A DNA stretch of 64,000 nucleotides. Source: Mobula hypostoma (lineage: Eukaryota). The notes beneath the pieces are model-generated. The model saw nothing but the letters and a program-made list of their open reading frames with translations, did no database searches and was not told where the DNA came from. Below, piece by piece: positions 49,300 to 62,429 of this stretch. Each line of letters starts with the position of its first letter. Within the stretch, counting starts at the first letter, position 1. The translations under genes and the position numbers were made by a program. Location of the stretch: assembly GCF_963921235.1 (NCBI RefSeq), contig NC_086120.1:11470001-11534000 (forward strand), in the 5' to 3' direction.

Positions 49300-50040
49300 T
49301 TGTTTGGTCCCTACCTATCTATACCAGTGAAAAATCTGGCATCTTCAGCACTGCAACCCGTCTCATCCCACTTTCTGTAAGAAATACATTGTATTTTCCC
49401 AGTTTTGATAGCTTTCAAGCCAGTGTTTCTGAGATGTCTTCCTTTTTCCTTAATCATGGTGTTCTCAGTGGTATTTATTGGCTTTCCTTCACTGCTCCCA
49501 ACACCTCCTTCACTGCCATCCAGAGCAAGCACCTTCCACCCCACCAGACTCCACATTCAACTGATCATCCTCTGTAGTTTATGGCATTATCTCTCCTTCT
49601 CCTACCGGCATTCCAAAGGATTACTGCCTCCACAATTCCCTGTCCACTACCTTCTCCACATTACACATTACCCTTCTCACAGTACTTTCTATTGCACCCA
49701 TCAAAAATATAACCCCTGCTATTTTAATTTTTCCCTTCTGATATCTGGGCATAAACTCTCTCTCCAGCTGAACCAATTTAGTGTACTTCATTCAGTGTTT
49801 TGCAATGTGGCATTTTCTACAAAGGAGAAACCAAATGCTGCTATGTTTTTCTTTGAAGAACATCTCCATTTGGTTTGCAAGGGTTATTCTGAACTTTGAG
49901 TCTCCTATCACTTTAGTTTTCCACTGTGACCTCTCTGTGTTTGATCTCTCACACTGTTTCAATGAGACCCAATCAACGTAACTGAGCAGCAGCATCTGAT
50001 CTTTTGACTAGGCATGTTACAGACTTCTGCACTCAGCATT
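49300..50040 (+). pseudogene. Penelope-like ORF remnant with GIY-YIG endonuclease
   Basis: Frameshifted VYFIQC/QCGIFYKGETK (49781-49835), FEEHL, DLSVFDL and EQQHLIF*LGMLQ, matching the PLE GIY-YIG C-terminus. Confidence 0.7.
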
Positions 50041-50567
50041 ACATGGGAACATATGAATTAGAAACAGGAGTAGGCCACTCAGTCCCTCAACCTCAAACTT
50101 CAATTCCAGTGACCTGGTGCTATTGGTGGGGGATGGCCTAATCATGATTCACAAAAAGTTTGTACGCAAGTACAGCAATTAATTAGAAAAACTAATGATT
50201 GTTCATTGCTGGAGCATTGAATATAAAGGAAGGTTATACTTCAGCTATATAGGATATTGGTAAGCCTACATCTGAAGCAAATGTGATATTGTTTTCCTTA
50301 TTTAAAGAAGAACTACTTTACATGCCTAGCAACTCAGAGACTTAGTAAATTGATATTTGGAATGGAAACATTTTCTTATGAGGAATGATTTTACAGATAC
50401 CTACAAGCATTATTTGTGGATAATCTCTTTGAATTGAACAAAATCTTATTCCCTGTGGCATCCATAATGAAATACCTTATTCACTTTCTCCGACACTAGT
50501 TAAAACACAGGCTTAAACACACAAACCGCTTAATCAATCCTAAAACAGCATTCAAACAGCATCCAAA

Positions 50568-50585
50568 ATCCCGGGTATGCCCCCA
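50568..50585 (-). promoter_or_regulatory. tRNA-Pro primer-binding site (degenerate)
   Basis: Minus strand TGGGGGCATACCCGGGAT versus canonical TGGGGGCTCGTCCGGGAT (14/18), 5 nt after the LTR end GTTACA. Confidence 0.7.
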
Positions 50586-50590
50586 CAAAA

Positions 50591-51445
50591 TGTAACCCTT
50601 TCACCGGGCTTGTATGCAAACTTGGTTCATTAGCTACCTCTGCTAACAGCCATGCAACTCAGTGTGAGAAGGTCACCTTTGATAAACTATGTATATACAT
50701 CTATGGTAGGTATGATTTGTGATTCAACCAAAACAGGAACACTGTGATGTTCTGATTAAAGACACTCTGATTTGAGCGAATGCTGTGTAAATACTGCCGA
50801 TACACAATTATTGATTGGCAAGAAATATCGTACACCACATAAAATTATAAAGAAAGTATATTTACTAATTTCAGCTTTATCAGTTATTAAAAGAAAGAAG
50901 GAAAACAATAAAAAGGGCCATTATAGTTTAGCCAGTCTAAATGTGCACGTGACCGTTGGAGCTCATCTCTTTCACAGCTGGGTATAACAGTTATTCACCG
51001 CACTGAACCCATGGTCTGAGTGAAAGCAGCTGCCACAGTTTGAACTTTCCTCGAAGTCCACCTTGAACAAACTGACTCCTGCTCAGGAGTACTGGAACTT
51101 CCTCCTTGGAGCCATTCATCTGCACAAAACACTTCGTACAATGGGGCTCTCTTTCCAATGACATTCTGCAGCATCTTCCCTTCTGTCCTACTCCGCAACT
51201 CCCACCACAAGATCTTAAACCAGATTACTATCTGTCACTAATCTCTCTTCATGCTGCTCTCTCTGAACTTTCTCCAGATCCCACCATCTGACTGGCTGTC
51301 ACAACATTCCTAAGTTGAACAGCTGGGCTTCTTATCTTTTGCCAAAACCAAAATATTCTGCCAGCAGGACACACTGCTTTTGCAGAAAACTGCTAAAATG
51401 AAATACCTACAGCATAGCAGTAGAAGTCTTATCAAGGGCATTACA
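50591..51445 (-). mobile_element. 5' LTR (855 bp) of a truncated LTR retroelement
   Basis: TGTAA...TTACA termini, adjacent PBS-Pro, and homology to the solo LTR at 3660-4297. Confidence 0.75.
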
Positions 51446-52189
51446 CTGGCTTTGTGTCTGCTGGAGTTTATAAGACTGAGTGAGGACTTCACTAAAATAT
51501 AGAGCCCGGACAGATTTTAACAGCGCTGATGCGGAGAAGGAATTTCCTTTTGTGCGAGAGACAACATCAGTGGTCACTGTTCAAAATAAGAAATCATCAA
51601 TCTTGTGAGCCTAAACTCTTTTCCTCACAGGGCAGCGGAAGCAAAGTCTTCTAGTGCCTTTAAGCAAAGAAAGATGGATTGTTGATAAGCAAAGGGGTGA
51701 ATGGTTATTGTGGGTAGGGGTGAATGTGGGGTTGAGACTACAATCTAATGAACCAAGGTTTTATTTATAGAAGGAGCAGGTTCAACTTGCTCTAGCTTCC
51801 TAACTCTAATGAAATATCTGTGATCTTAGACATTAAATCTGTGTCTCACTCCACACATGCTGTTTGACTTGCTGGATAGATCCAGCGTTTGTTATTGTTT
51901 ATTCCAATGAATTATGCAAGTGAAGCTTTCTGTTTGTTTGCCTTGCAATCAATGAAAGCCTGCAGATATTACAGTGGTGCAAAGTTTATGGAACATTGTG
52001 GAAAGTTGTTCAAGAGTGTTTTTGTCTACAAAAAAATCTTACCAGGCCATTCTCACAGGAAGTGATGATAACACTGTTCAAAAAAAAAAAATCCTTCCAA
52101 GTGACACTTTCCACAAATAGCCACCAACAATCACTTAGGTTTTTAACAGAATTGCTTGGCCCCAGATCTCATTACGAACAAAGTATGAG

Positions 52190-53285
52190 AGAAATACTGA
52201 AGTTCAGAGCTGAGGTGAGATTGGCTGCCCTTGATACCAAGACAGCATTTGACAGAGTATGGTATCAATGAGTTTTGGTAATACTGAGTACGCTGGGAAA
52301 CCTGGTCACTAGATTCTGCCTAGTGGTGCCAGTATTGCCATGGGGACAATAGGCATGGTCACTGAGGATGGAGATATTCAGTGTCCCAGATTGCCACCAT
52401 TAGTTGCTTCATTGATGACCTTCCCTCTATCATAGAGTCAGAAGTGACAATGTTTAGAAATGATTTGGTATTATTCAATGAAATATTCCAATGAAATATC
52501 CTTGGAGCGACGGAGGACGAGAGGTGACCTGATAGATGTGTCTAAGATGATGAGAGGCATTGATCATGTGGATAGTCAGAGGCTTTTTCCCAGGGCTGAA
52601 ATGGCTAACACGCGAGGGCACAGTTTTAAGGTGCTTGGAAGTAGGTACAGAGGAGATGTCAGGGGCAAGTTTTTTACGCAGAGGGTGGTGAGTGCATGGA
52701 ATGGGCTACCAGCGACTGTGGTGAAGGCAGATACGATAGGGTCATTTAAGAGACTCCTGGTTAGGTATATGGAGCTTAGAAAAATAGAAGGCTATGAGTA
52801 ACCCTAGGTAATTTCTAAAATAAGTACATGCTCGGTACGGCATTGTGGGCTGAAGGGCCTGTATTGTGCTGTAGGTTTTCTATGTTTCTATTCAATTCTA
52901 ACTGTCATTCTTCAGAAAATCAAGCAATCTCTGGGATAGATCTTGAGGGATCTGTCCTACTGCCCACAGTATTCATCAATGTGCCAATGCTAATCTATTC
53001 TGCCACATTAACGCATAAAGCAGTAGTGTATCCTTTACTGCGACAGAATAGCAATCTTCCTCTTCACCTTCCACAGTCTTTCCATCATCAACAAAGCACA
53101 ATGCCAGGAGTGTGATGAAATGCTTTCCTGTTACTATGGTGAGTGCAGCTCCAGCAATACTGAAATAAAACCTCAGACAAAATCCATGACAGAACAATCT
53201 GTGGGATTAGCATCCAATCAACCACCTTCAACATCTACTCATTTTATCACTTGCCTACTGTGGCTGCAGTTGCTAAAGTCTTCTA
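52190..53285 (+). mobile_element. Old LINE RT remnant with a young CR1 3' fragment nested at about 52500-52890
   Basis: EVRLAALDTKTAFDRVW and CFIDDLP in the host; nested ORF 52460-52801 LERRRTRGDLI..TRGHSFKV..FFTQRVVSAWNGLP. Confidence 0.75.
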
Positions 53286-53289
53286 ACTT

Positions 53290-54200
53290 TTCTCAAGGTT
53301 TATCCACTGGGATGGAAGGTGAGGACAAAGAGAAATCTATTGGAGTTCTAGCAATGAGGTCAGTGGTGAGAGAACAGTTATAAGTTATAGAATGGACAGG
53401 TTGGAGATCCTTGTCAACCTTACAAGAGCAAAGTCCTCAAATGGAAAAAGGGAAAGATATCAGAAGCACTAGGTTGGATGGTGGAATTATTCGAAGAGAT
53501 GTGGCCAGTGTGGAAGCGGGAGAAAGGAATAGAATGCTTATAAGGAACATAACAGATACCTAAATAGTTTCTGGGAATCAGTCATTTTAAGGTGAATACT
53601 GGTTACTTGCATGTCCCCTGAAATTGAGCAAAAGGTCTTAAAGAAAAAAGAGATGAAACATGAAAAGAGAATCAAGCAGCTCTGGTGGGGCTGAGTATGG
53701 ATAATGGTAGCCATTAGAAGCATAAGTGATGATATTTTCTTGTTTCTAATGAGCGGCGAAAGGAGGTGAGGGTGGAGGACTACATGAGACAGGAACAAAC
53801 ATATCCAATGAAAAGGCAGAAACGTGAGTAATCAAAGCGGTTTTGAAGTAAGTTGCTTTTTTGGAGGAAACAAGCAAACAAGTTCAGCCAGGTCGAAGAG
53901 ATAAAGGGAAAGGGGGACAAGGTCTCAAGAAAGAAATTGAGGACTCTCTGGCTCTCTGAGGTGGGAAATGTAAAGGGATTAATTGTTCAACATGCTAAGG
54001 ACATACTTAAGACCAAAAGACTGGAAGCAATTGATACTGGAGGAAATTGGAAATGTTGAACTGTGGAAAGAGACTGGATAAGTTGAGAAATCTTGGGTGA
54101 GATTTGAAAAAAAATTAGTGTGGTGGACAAAAGCAGACTGAAATTATCTACCTGCCTGTCTAACCTATTCTTTTGGAAATCAGGAAAACACTAGAAATAG
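53290..54200 (-). mobile_element. Probable decayed PLE 5'/N-terminal region
   Basis: Purine-rich plus strand with blocks resembling the antisense of a PLE N-terminal region (TCCACTGGGATGGAAGG..GAAATC..GCAATGAGG). Recognised by pattern only. Confidence 0.4.
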
Positions 54201-54234
54201 GTTATGCAACCTCCCTAGACATTTGAACATGAAA

Positions 54235-54520
54235 ATTTATTTATTTATTGAGATACAGCATGAAATAGGCCCTTCTGGCCCTTTGAGTCGTGCCCCCATC
54301 AATCCCTTGATTTAATCCTAGCCTAATCACGGGACAACTCACAGCAACCAATTAACCCACCAACTGGTACATCTTTGGATTGTGGGAGGAAACCGGAGCG
54401 CCCAGAGGAAACCCACGCAGCGATGGGGAGAACGTACAAAGTCCTTACAGGCAGCGGTGGAAATTGAAGCTGGCTCGCCTGTATTGTAAAGCGCTGTGCT
54501 AGCTGCTACATTCCTGTGCC
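54235..54520 (-). mobile_element. V-SINE (HE1-like)
   Basis: Well-preserved antisense V-domain CTTTGGATTGTGGGAGGAAACCGGAGCGCCCAGAGGAAACCCACGCAG..GGGAGAACGTACAAA; (TTTA)n tail. Confidence 0.8.
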
Positions 54521-55479
54521 TATCCTCTTGCAATAATAGACAAGTTTCTTAATTACTGTGTGTTTTGCATGCTACTTTCAGTGCTTTAAGTGTGAGCACA
54601 TCCAGGTCTCTCTGAACACCAGCGTTTCTTAGTCTCAATCCATTTAAATAACGTGTTTTTCTTTTTTTCCTATTGAAGTAGGACTTTTCTGAACTCCCAG
54701 CCTCGACCTCCATTTTCCATCTTCATCTTTTCCCACTTATTTAACTTGCTGATCTCCCTTTGCAGACATCTGCATCCTCTTCACAACCACCTCTCTGTCA
54801 CCTCTACTGTCAAAAAACTTTGAATCCATACATTCTGTCCCCTCTAATATTTATTAAATCGCTTTTCAGTTCAGAAGGATAACAAGCACAGAATGGGACT
54901 CCATTACAGAGTGATCGAGCAAGGCCTGCAAGACAGGCAGCTTCAGGCAAAGCACAGCACCTTTCATTTATCAAAAGCTGACAAAAACTCAGCGTAGAAA
55001 AATTAAGCTAGAAGCAAACTAACCATAAAAAAAAACATTTAAAATGGACTAGAACCTGGTGGCTGGCTGCTGTGCAGTCATCAACTTATTGAGTTTACTT
55101 TGCTGTTGCAATTTTCCTCAACAGCAGCTCTACCATCAGAATGCCTGTCTTCTACCTTCCAGCCAGTGGGACTCTCCTGATAGCCAGCCTGACTGATTTT
55201 GAAATTTTTTCAGCAATGTGGCCAGCTACATCTCAGCCAATCTGGCATTTATGATGTGCTAACATAGTTATCCCTCCAGGAGAACTAATATGCAAATGCA
55301 TTGGATAACAATCAAACCCAATTGGCATTTTGGACAACAAATGGACAGATTTCCGACCACATCTGTTGACAGGGCTGCAGAGAAGATCCCAAGAAGGCAA
55401 TTTCATATTATGTTCATTTAGCCAAGAGGGATAGTGGTTAAAATCGACATAAAGCCCTTCTGAAATCCAGATTCAGGCT

Positions 55480-56110
55480 AATGAATCTGTTGGGGGCACA
55501 CTTTATCAAATATTAAATGGTAAGCAATAAGGAAGGCAAACGAATATTAGCTTTCACTGCAAGAGGGACAATGTACAGAAGGGGAGGAAGATTGTTCCAA
55601 GTCTATAGGCTTTTGAACATTAACCCCTCTGGTGTACTGCATACAATCATGCCATCATTATCAGAAGCAATGTGTTAAAGGTTCATTCATTTGAATCCTG
55701 GGATGAAGGTTTATGAGTGATTGAGTAGACTGGGCTTGTATTCACTAGGTTTAGAGGAATGAGAGATTATCTTCTTGAATGATATATGTTTGGAAATGCT
55801 TTACAGTCAATGCTATGCTATGAGGTTGGTAAATCTAGAACTAGGAGCATAGTCTCTAAAGAACACATTGCTTGCTTATGTCAGACAGGGACTGAATCTC
55901 TTCCCATAGTACCTTATGAACTTTATGAATTATTTACCCAGAGAACTGTGAAGGCCACATTGTTAAACATAGTTATGATTTTCAGGCCATTGGGAACAAA
56001 GACATGGGGATTACTCAGGAAAGAGGTGTCAAGGTAAAGACCAAACTAGCCTATTGAATGGCAGAGCAGCCACAAAGGGCCAGAAGTCCGACTTCTCTTA
56101 TTCAATATAT
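55480..56110 (+). mobile_element. Old CR1 3' part
   Basis: KANEILAFTARG and RLGLYSLGLEE-like remnants; CR1 3' stem-loop. Confidence 0.6.
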
Positions 56111-57358
56111 CCTCAAATGAGAATTCGTAAGATAGGTCCATGCATATAAGGTCCATGGCTGTATTTGTGTTTATACTGGTGCGATTCTTACAACATTTTC
56201 TTTTCAGTACAATGTTTTGCTCTTTCCACTATCTCCTAGATTTAGCACTGTAAATTTTCTTTTTAGCAGCTGGTTTCAGCTTTTCTTCACATCCCATGTA
56301 AAGAAGTGCCTCCAGATGTTTATCTAACTTTGGCCTTAATCCTGACATCAACTCATGTGTGATGTTCCTCATTTAAGAAAGATACCTTGGAGTAGTCCAC
56401 TGATTAGCGATGAGATTGATCGGAAGATGACATTTTACTATAGTAAATGGGAAGAGGATTTGGTCAGGCAAACTCTGGGACATTCGTATCACTGCATAAG
56501 ATGAAAAACTTTTACCTCCTTCACTTTCATGCCATCTATCTATATTGATTTATTTTTATTAAGTATTGAGTGCAGAGCCTGAAATTTAAAAAAATGGATT
56601 GAAATACCAGGTGAAACATATATTTTGAAAAGGGTTTTAAATTAATGAGGGAGGAAGTTAGGTGGAAGGATTTTGGAAGAAGTCACAGAGGAGGGGACAT
56701 GGTGATGGTATATTGCTGCTTCTTAATAGAGTGAAGAGTATTGAAATAAGATCGAGTGTGGACATTCTAGAGAGTGTCAGAGGAATGGAGAGGTCAAACA
56801 AGGACCTCTGAAGGAAGCCACTGAGATAATGTGGAACAAAACCACTTTATAGAATATTAGCACGACCGAAGTGTGACCTTCTTAGATGCATGTGGTATTT
56901 GATCATTGGCACCCTGAACGTATTATTAATTCTGGAGAGCAAAAGTAGGAAGATTAGCTGAGATGATATTCAGAGAATGTTTAAGGGGGTTAAGAATATT
57001 CTGAATAGATGAACTAGTGCCTGTGGTGGGTAATGTCTTAAACATGGGAGGTATTGTTGACCTATATCTGTTTATCTTGATGCTCTGTATATAGGAAATG
57101 ATTTCAAGACTAAAGGCTTTGGCTCAAAGAGCAAGAGCTATTCCACTTAGAATTCATCTAAATAAGTAATTTGAGCTCTCGCTGTCTATCAAATCAAAGG
57201 CCCCACCAACCTGGACTTTTCTTCTTCCTCCCTCTCCCACCAGGTAGAAGGCACAAAAGCCTGAAAGCACGTACCATCAGGCTCAAGGACTGCTTCTTTC
57301 CCACTGTTATCAGACTCCTGTATAATCAAATGGATTCTTGACCTCACAATCTATCTAG

Positions 57359-57601
57359 TAATAGAGATTTGACCAGCAGCCAATCCAGATATTGAAAGTT
57401 TGGAGAGGGGAGGACTTCAGTGAGGTCCACCACCCGAGGACAAAAGGCAGCAATAACTTGTGGCAACATAATAGACCTTTGACCAGCAGCCGATCCGGAC
57501 ATCAGAAGTTTGGAGAGGAGAGGACTTCAATTATGTCCACTGCCCGAGGATAAAAAGCAGCAGCAGGTCACAGCAACATAATAGAGCTTTGACCAGTGGC
57601 C
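57359..57601 (+). repeat. 110-bp tandem monomers (about 2.2 copies) at the CR1 5' end
   Basis: TTTGACCAG recurs at 57368, 57478 and 57588 with aligned internal sequence (AAGTTTGGAGAGG.GAGGACTTCA, CCCGAGGA, GCAACATAATAGA). Confidence 0.9.
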
Positions 57602-60600
57602 TATTAGCATCTGGGATTGATTAATAAGAGCAAATAAAAGGAAGCAGGAACAGCGCGGTGGCCATTATCCAAGTGGTCACAGTCAGTGTGGTGATCTTGA
57701 GGATTTAGCTCTTTGAGGCTTCAGCGAAGACAGGCTTCACTCAAAGAAAGAAAAGGTCATTTTCTTCCTTCTCTTCTTTTAATCTGCTCAGCTAGGACAG
57801 TAAAGATGTCAGGCAGGATAGTGAAATGCTCCTCTTGCGGGATGTGGGAAGGCAGGGAGATCTCCAGTTTCCCTGACCACTACAAATCCAAGAAGTGCAT
57901 CCAGCTGTTACTTCTAACAAACCCCATTAAGGAGTTGGAGCTGGAACAGGATGAACTCAGGATCAGGAAGAGCAAAGGAGTTAAGGAGCAAGTGCAGAGT
58001 ACCTCTGTGGCCATCCCCCTCAACAGCAGGTACACTGTATCACTTTGGTTACTGTCAGGGATGGGGGGGGTGGTGGTGGTGTGGAAATGACCTAACATAG
58101 GAGAGTCACAGTGATCGAGTCTCTGGCATTGAGTGTGCCTCTGTAACTCTGACGGGAAGCACACTGTGGTGATAGGGGATTTTCTAGTTAGGGAAATGGA
58201 CAGGAGGTTCTGTTGGTGAGATGGTATGTTGCCTCCCAGGTGTCTGGAATATCTTGGATCGAGTCCTCAGCATTCTTAAGTGGGAAGGTGAACAGCCAGA
58301 AGTAAGGGTCCATGTAGGTAACAATGACATGGGTAGGATGAGTGGTAGGATTATTGGGCTCTCTTCTAGGGAAGGAAAGATTTGTTCCTGAACTGGAAGG
58401 GGACTAATATCCTAGTGGGAAGGTGTGTTAATGCTGCATGGTGGGGTTTAAACTAGACTTGCAGGGGGTTGAGAACCTGAGTGTCAGAATGGTTAGTAGA
58501 AAGGCTGTGGAGGCAGATGTTGGTAAGACCTCAGACAAAGTTAGGAATCAAAAGGTTGAGCTTGATACGACTAGTGTCCTGAGCTGCCTCTATTTCAATT
58601 CAAGAAGTGTCACAGGAAAGGCAGATATTAGTGCTGAAGATGAGGTAGCTGGTTTACAAACAGAAGCAATGTGTAGTGAGGAGAGGCAGTCAGCAGGTTG
58701 AGTTGCAATGTAAAAGGTAGACAGGATCATAATGGATGAATACAGGACTGAAGGTGTTGTATCTGAATGCACACAGTGTGTGGAATAAGGTGGATGAACT
58801 TGCAGCATAGTTGCTGATTGGCAGGTATGATGTTGTAGGCATCACTGAATCATGGCTAAAAGATTATAGCTGAGAGATTAATGTCCAAGGATACATGTTG
58901 TATTGAAAGAATAGACTAGAAGTTAAAGGGGGGTGGCATTGCTAAGTTGGTAAAAACTTGAATCAAATGATTCGAAAGAGATGACATAGAGTCAGAAGGT
59001 GTAGAGTCATTGTGGGTAGAGCTAAGGAACTGCAAGAGTAAAAAGACCTTGATGGGAGTTTTATACAGAACCCCAAACAGTAGTAAAGATGTGGCTTACA
59101 AATTATAACAGGAGATACAAAATGCATGTCAAAAGGGCAATGTTACAATAGTCAGGGAGGATTTCAGTAGGCAGATAGATTTGGAAAATCAGGTTGGTGC
59201 TGGATTACAAGAGGAGAGATTTCCAGAGTGCCAACAAATGACTTTTTAGAGCAGCTCAAGGCTGAGTGCACTGGAGGATCAGCTATTCTGGGTTGAGTGT
59301 TGCGCAATGAACTATGATTGATTAGAGAGCTTAAGGTAAAAGAACCCCTAGGGGTGAGTGATCATAATATGTTCAATTTCACCCTGAAATCTGAGAAGGA
59401 GAAGCTAAAGTCAGATGTATCAGAAGTACAATGAAATAAAGGGAATTACAGATACATGACAGTGGAGTTGCCAGAATTGATTGGAAAAGAACATTGGCAG
59501 TGATGACAGCAGAGAAGCAATGGCTGGAATTTATGAAAGCAATTTGGAAGATACAGGATATATACATCCCAAAGAAGAAGAAGTACTCTAAAGGAAAGAT
59601 AATACAGCCTTGGCTAACAAGAGAACTCAGAGCCAACCTAAAAGCCAAAGAGAGGGCATATAATAGAGAGAAAATTAGTGAGAAGTTAGAGAACTGGAAA
59701 GCAACAGAAGACAACTAAAAAGTCATTAAGAAGGCAAAGATTGAATACAAACGTAAGCGAGCCAATAATGTTAAAGAGGGTACCAAAGCTTCTTCAGATA
59801 CATGAAGTATAAAAGAAAGGTGAGAGTGGATATTGGACCGCTGGAAAACGATGCTGGAGACATAGTAACGGGGTACAAGGAAATGGCGGACAAACTGAAT
59901 AAGCATTTTGCATTAATCTTCACTGTGGAAGACACTAGCAGCATGGTGGAAGTTTCAGGTGTCAGGTGCATGAAGTGTGTTAAGCTACGATAATTAGAGA
60001 GAAGGTTCTTGGGAAACTGAAAGGTCTGGAGGTAGATAAGTCACCTGGACCAAATGGTGTGCACTCCAGAGTACTGAAAAAGGTGGCTGAATAGATCATG
60101 GAGGCATTAGTAGAGATCTTTAAAGAATTAGTAGAATCTGGAATGGTACCGGAAGACTGGAAAATTGCAAATGTCACTCAACTTTTCAAGAAGCGGGAGA
60201 GGTAGAAGACAGGAAACTATAGGGCATTTAGTCTGACCTCAGTGGTTGGGAAGATGTTGGAGTCGATTATTAAGGTTGATGTCTCCAGGTACTTGGAGAC
60301 ATACAGTATGATAAAATAGGCCATAGTCAGCATGGTTTCCTCAAGACAAAATCTTGCCTGACAAAGCTGCTTAAATTTGTAGAAGAAATAACAAGCAATA
60401 TAGACAAAGGAGAATCAGTTGATGTTGTGTACTTCGATTTTCAGAGGGCCTTTGACAAGTTGCCACACATGAGGCTGCTTAACAAGCTATGAGCCAATGG
60501 TATTACAGGAAAGATCCTAGCATGGATAATACAGTGGATGGTTGGTAGGAAGCAAAGAGTAGGAATAAAGGGAGTCTTTTCTGGCTGGCTGCCGGTGACT

Positions 60601-61607
60601 AGTGGTGTTCCACAGGACTGTGTGTTGGGATCAATTGTTTTTATCTTATATGTCAATGATTTGGAATATGGAATTGATGGCTTTGTTGCAAAGTTTGCAG
60701 ATGATATGAAGATAGGCCGAGAGGAAGGTAATTTTGAGGAAGTAGAGAGGTTACAGAAGGACATAGACAGATTAGGAGAATGGGCAACAAAATGGAATAT
60801 AGTGTCGAGAAGTGTATAGTCATGCACTTTGGTAGAAAAACTGAAAGGGTTGACTATTTTCTAAATGAAAAGAAAATACAAAAACCTGAGGTGCAAAGGG
60901 ACTTGTGCAGGATTCCCTAAAGGTCGATCAGCAGGTTGAGTCTGTGGTGAGGAAGGCAAATGCAGTCCTTGCATTCATTGCAAAAGGACAAGAATATAAA
61001 AGCAAGGATATAATGTTGAAACTTTATAAAATATCCGGGGAGGCCTCACTTGGAGCATTGTGAGCAGGTTTGGGTCCCTTATTTTAGAAAGAATGTGCTG
61101 AAATTGGAGAAGATTCAAAGGAGTTTCAAGAAAATGATTCCAGGATTCAATGGCTTGACATATGAAGAATGTTTGCTGGGTCTGGGCCTGTAGTTACTAG
61201 AATTCAGAAGAATGAGGGGTGGCCTCATTGATAACCTATCAATGATGAAAGGCCTTGATAGAGTGGATGTGCGGAGGATGCTTCTTATGGTAGTAGAGTC
61301 TAAGACCAGAGGACATAGCCTCAGAACAGAGGGGTGTCCTTTTAGAACGGAGATGAAGAGGAATTTCTTTAGCCAGAGGGTGAGGAATCTATGGAATTCT
61401 TTGCTACAGGCAGCTATGAAGGTCAAGTCTTTAAGTATATTTAAGGCAGAGGTTGATAGATTCTTGATAGCTCAGGGTATGAAGGGATAGAGGGAGAAGG
61501 CAGGAGATTGGGGCTGAGGGAAAATTGCATCAGCCATGATGAAATGGGAGAGCAGACTCGATGGGCCAAACGGCTTAATTCTGCTCCTATATCTTATGGT
61601 CTTATGG
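57359..61607 (+). mobile_element. Near full-length CR1 LINE, inactivated
   Basis: ORF1: CSSCGMW..KKC..ELE zinc-finger/zipper, VIGD and VHVGNND esterase blocks. ORF2 APE: YLNA, GITESW, YRTPN, SDH. ORF2 RT: SPGP, WKIANV, DFQRAFD, GVPQ, YVND, FADD. Tail (TCTTATGG)2. Confidence 0.93.
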
Positions 61608-62429
61608 ATTTATCATGGGTCAACAATGCTTATGACCTTGCAATTTCTCTTTTCTGTCACATTTTATTCTTGCTTGTTATTGTTTTACTTGGTTCTTCCT
61701 CAATGCAAAATATAATGATTTGATCTCCATGAGCAGTATGCAAGACAATCTTTTCACTATATCTTGCTACATCTGACAATAATAAATTAGTGCCAATAAC
61801 CATACCAATGTATTATCCATGCAAGCAGCTAGTTTGACTGACAAAGTGAATTTTGAATTGCTGTGCTTGATCAATCTGGGAACCCAATTGTAGTTGGAAC
61901 ATTTTCATGTATCATTAGGCTTCCTTGTGTAACGAAGTCCAATATTTATTCCAATCACCTCCACTCCTCAGCTCACTGTGCTCCTCATCTATCCACTTGT
62001 GCACTGTCGTCTAACAATGTCTGGGAAGTTTGAATCAGTTGAGTGAGATTATTCCCTTGCTACTATTTTGAATTACTTTTGGAATTACTGATATCAGGTT
62101 AATCATTCTGCAATTAGTCCCTGAGCTGCTTCAGGCTAAAGTGTGGAGAATATTGGAAGTGTTTACATAGGAGGGCACTTTTAATTAAGAAATTTGTGAA
62201 TTGGTGATTAAGTGGGTAAAACCTATCCTGCAAGTTACAGATTGATCAGCTTACTCCTGGGAGAGGAGTGAGCATATCTTGTGGTGGGTAAGTGTTTCAC
62301 TTTTGGTTAGTTTCTATCAGTACAAATGTAACAGCAGTGGTAATTGGAAAAGTACACAATTTTACTGTAGCTGTGAATTAGAGATTCTTACAGCAGTCAA
62401 GGAAAATGTTTGACCCAAATACTCGTGTC

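Larger units (their letters stand above)
50100..51800 (+). mobile_element. Old CR1 3' part interrupted at 50398-51445
   Basis: LYRILVSLHL and SYEE..R before the insert; LALCLLEFIRLSEDF after it. Confidence 0.65.
57195..61800 (+). mobile_element. Rex1/Babar 3' end split by the full-length CR1 (pieces 57195-57356 and about 61610-61800)
   Basis: PLPPGRRHKSLKARTIRLKD and TTGACCTCACAATCTA on the left; the continuation matching 44945-45120 lies right of the CR1. Confidence 0.65.

Noticed and set aside
57359-57601. CRISPR-like array
   Set aside because: Whole 110-bp units are homologous with no unique spacers; vertebrate context and no cas genes.
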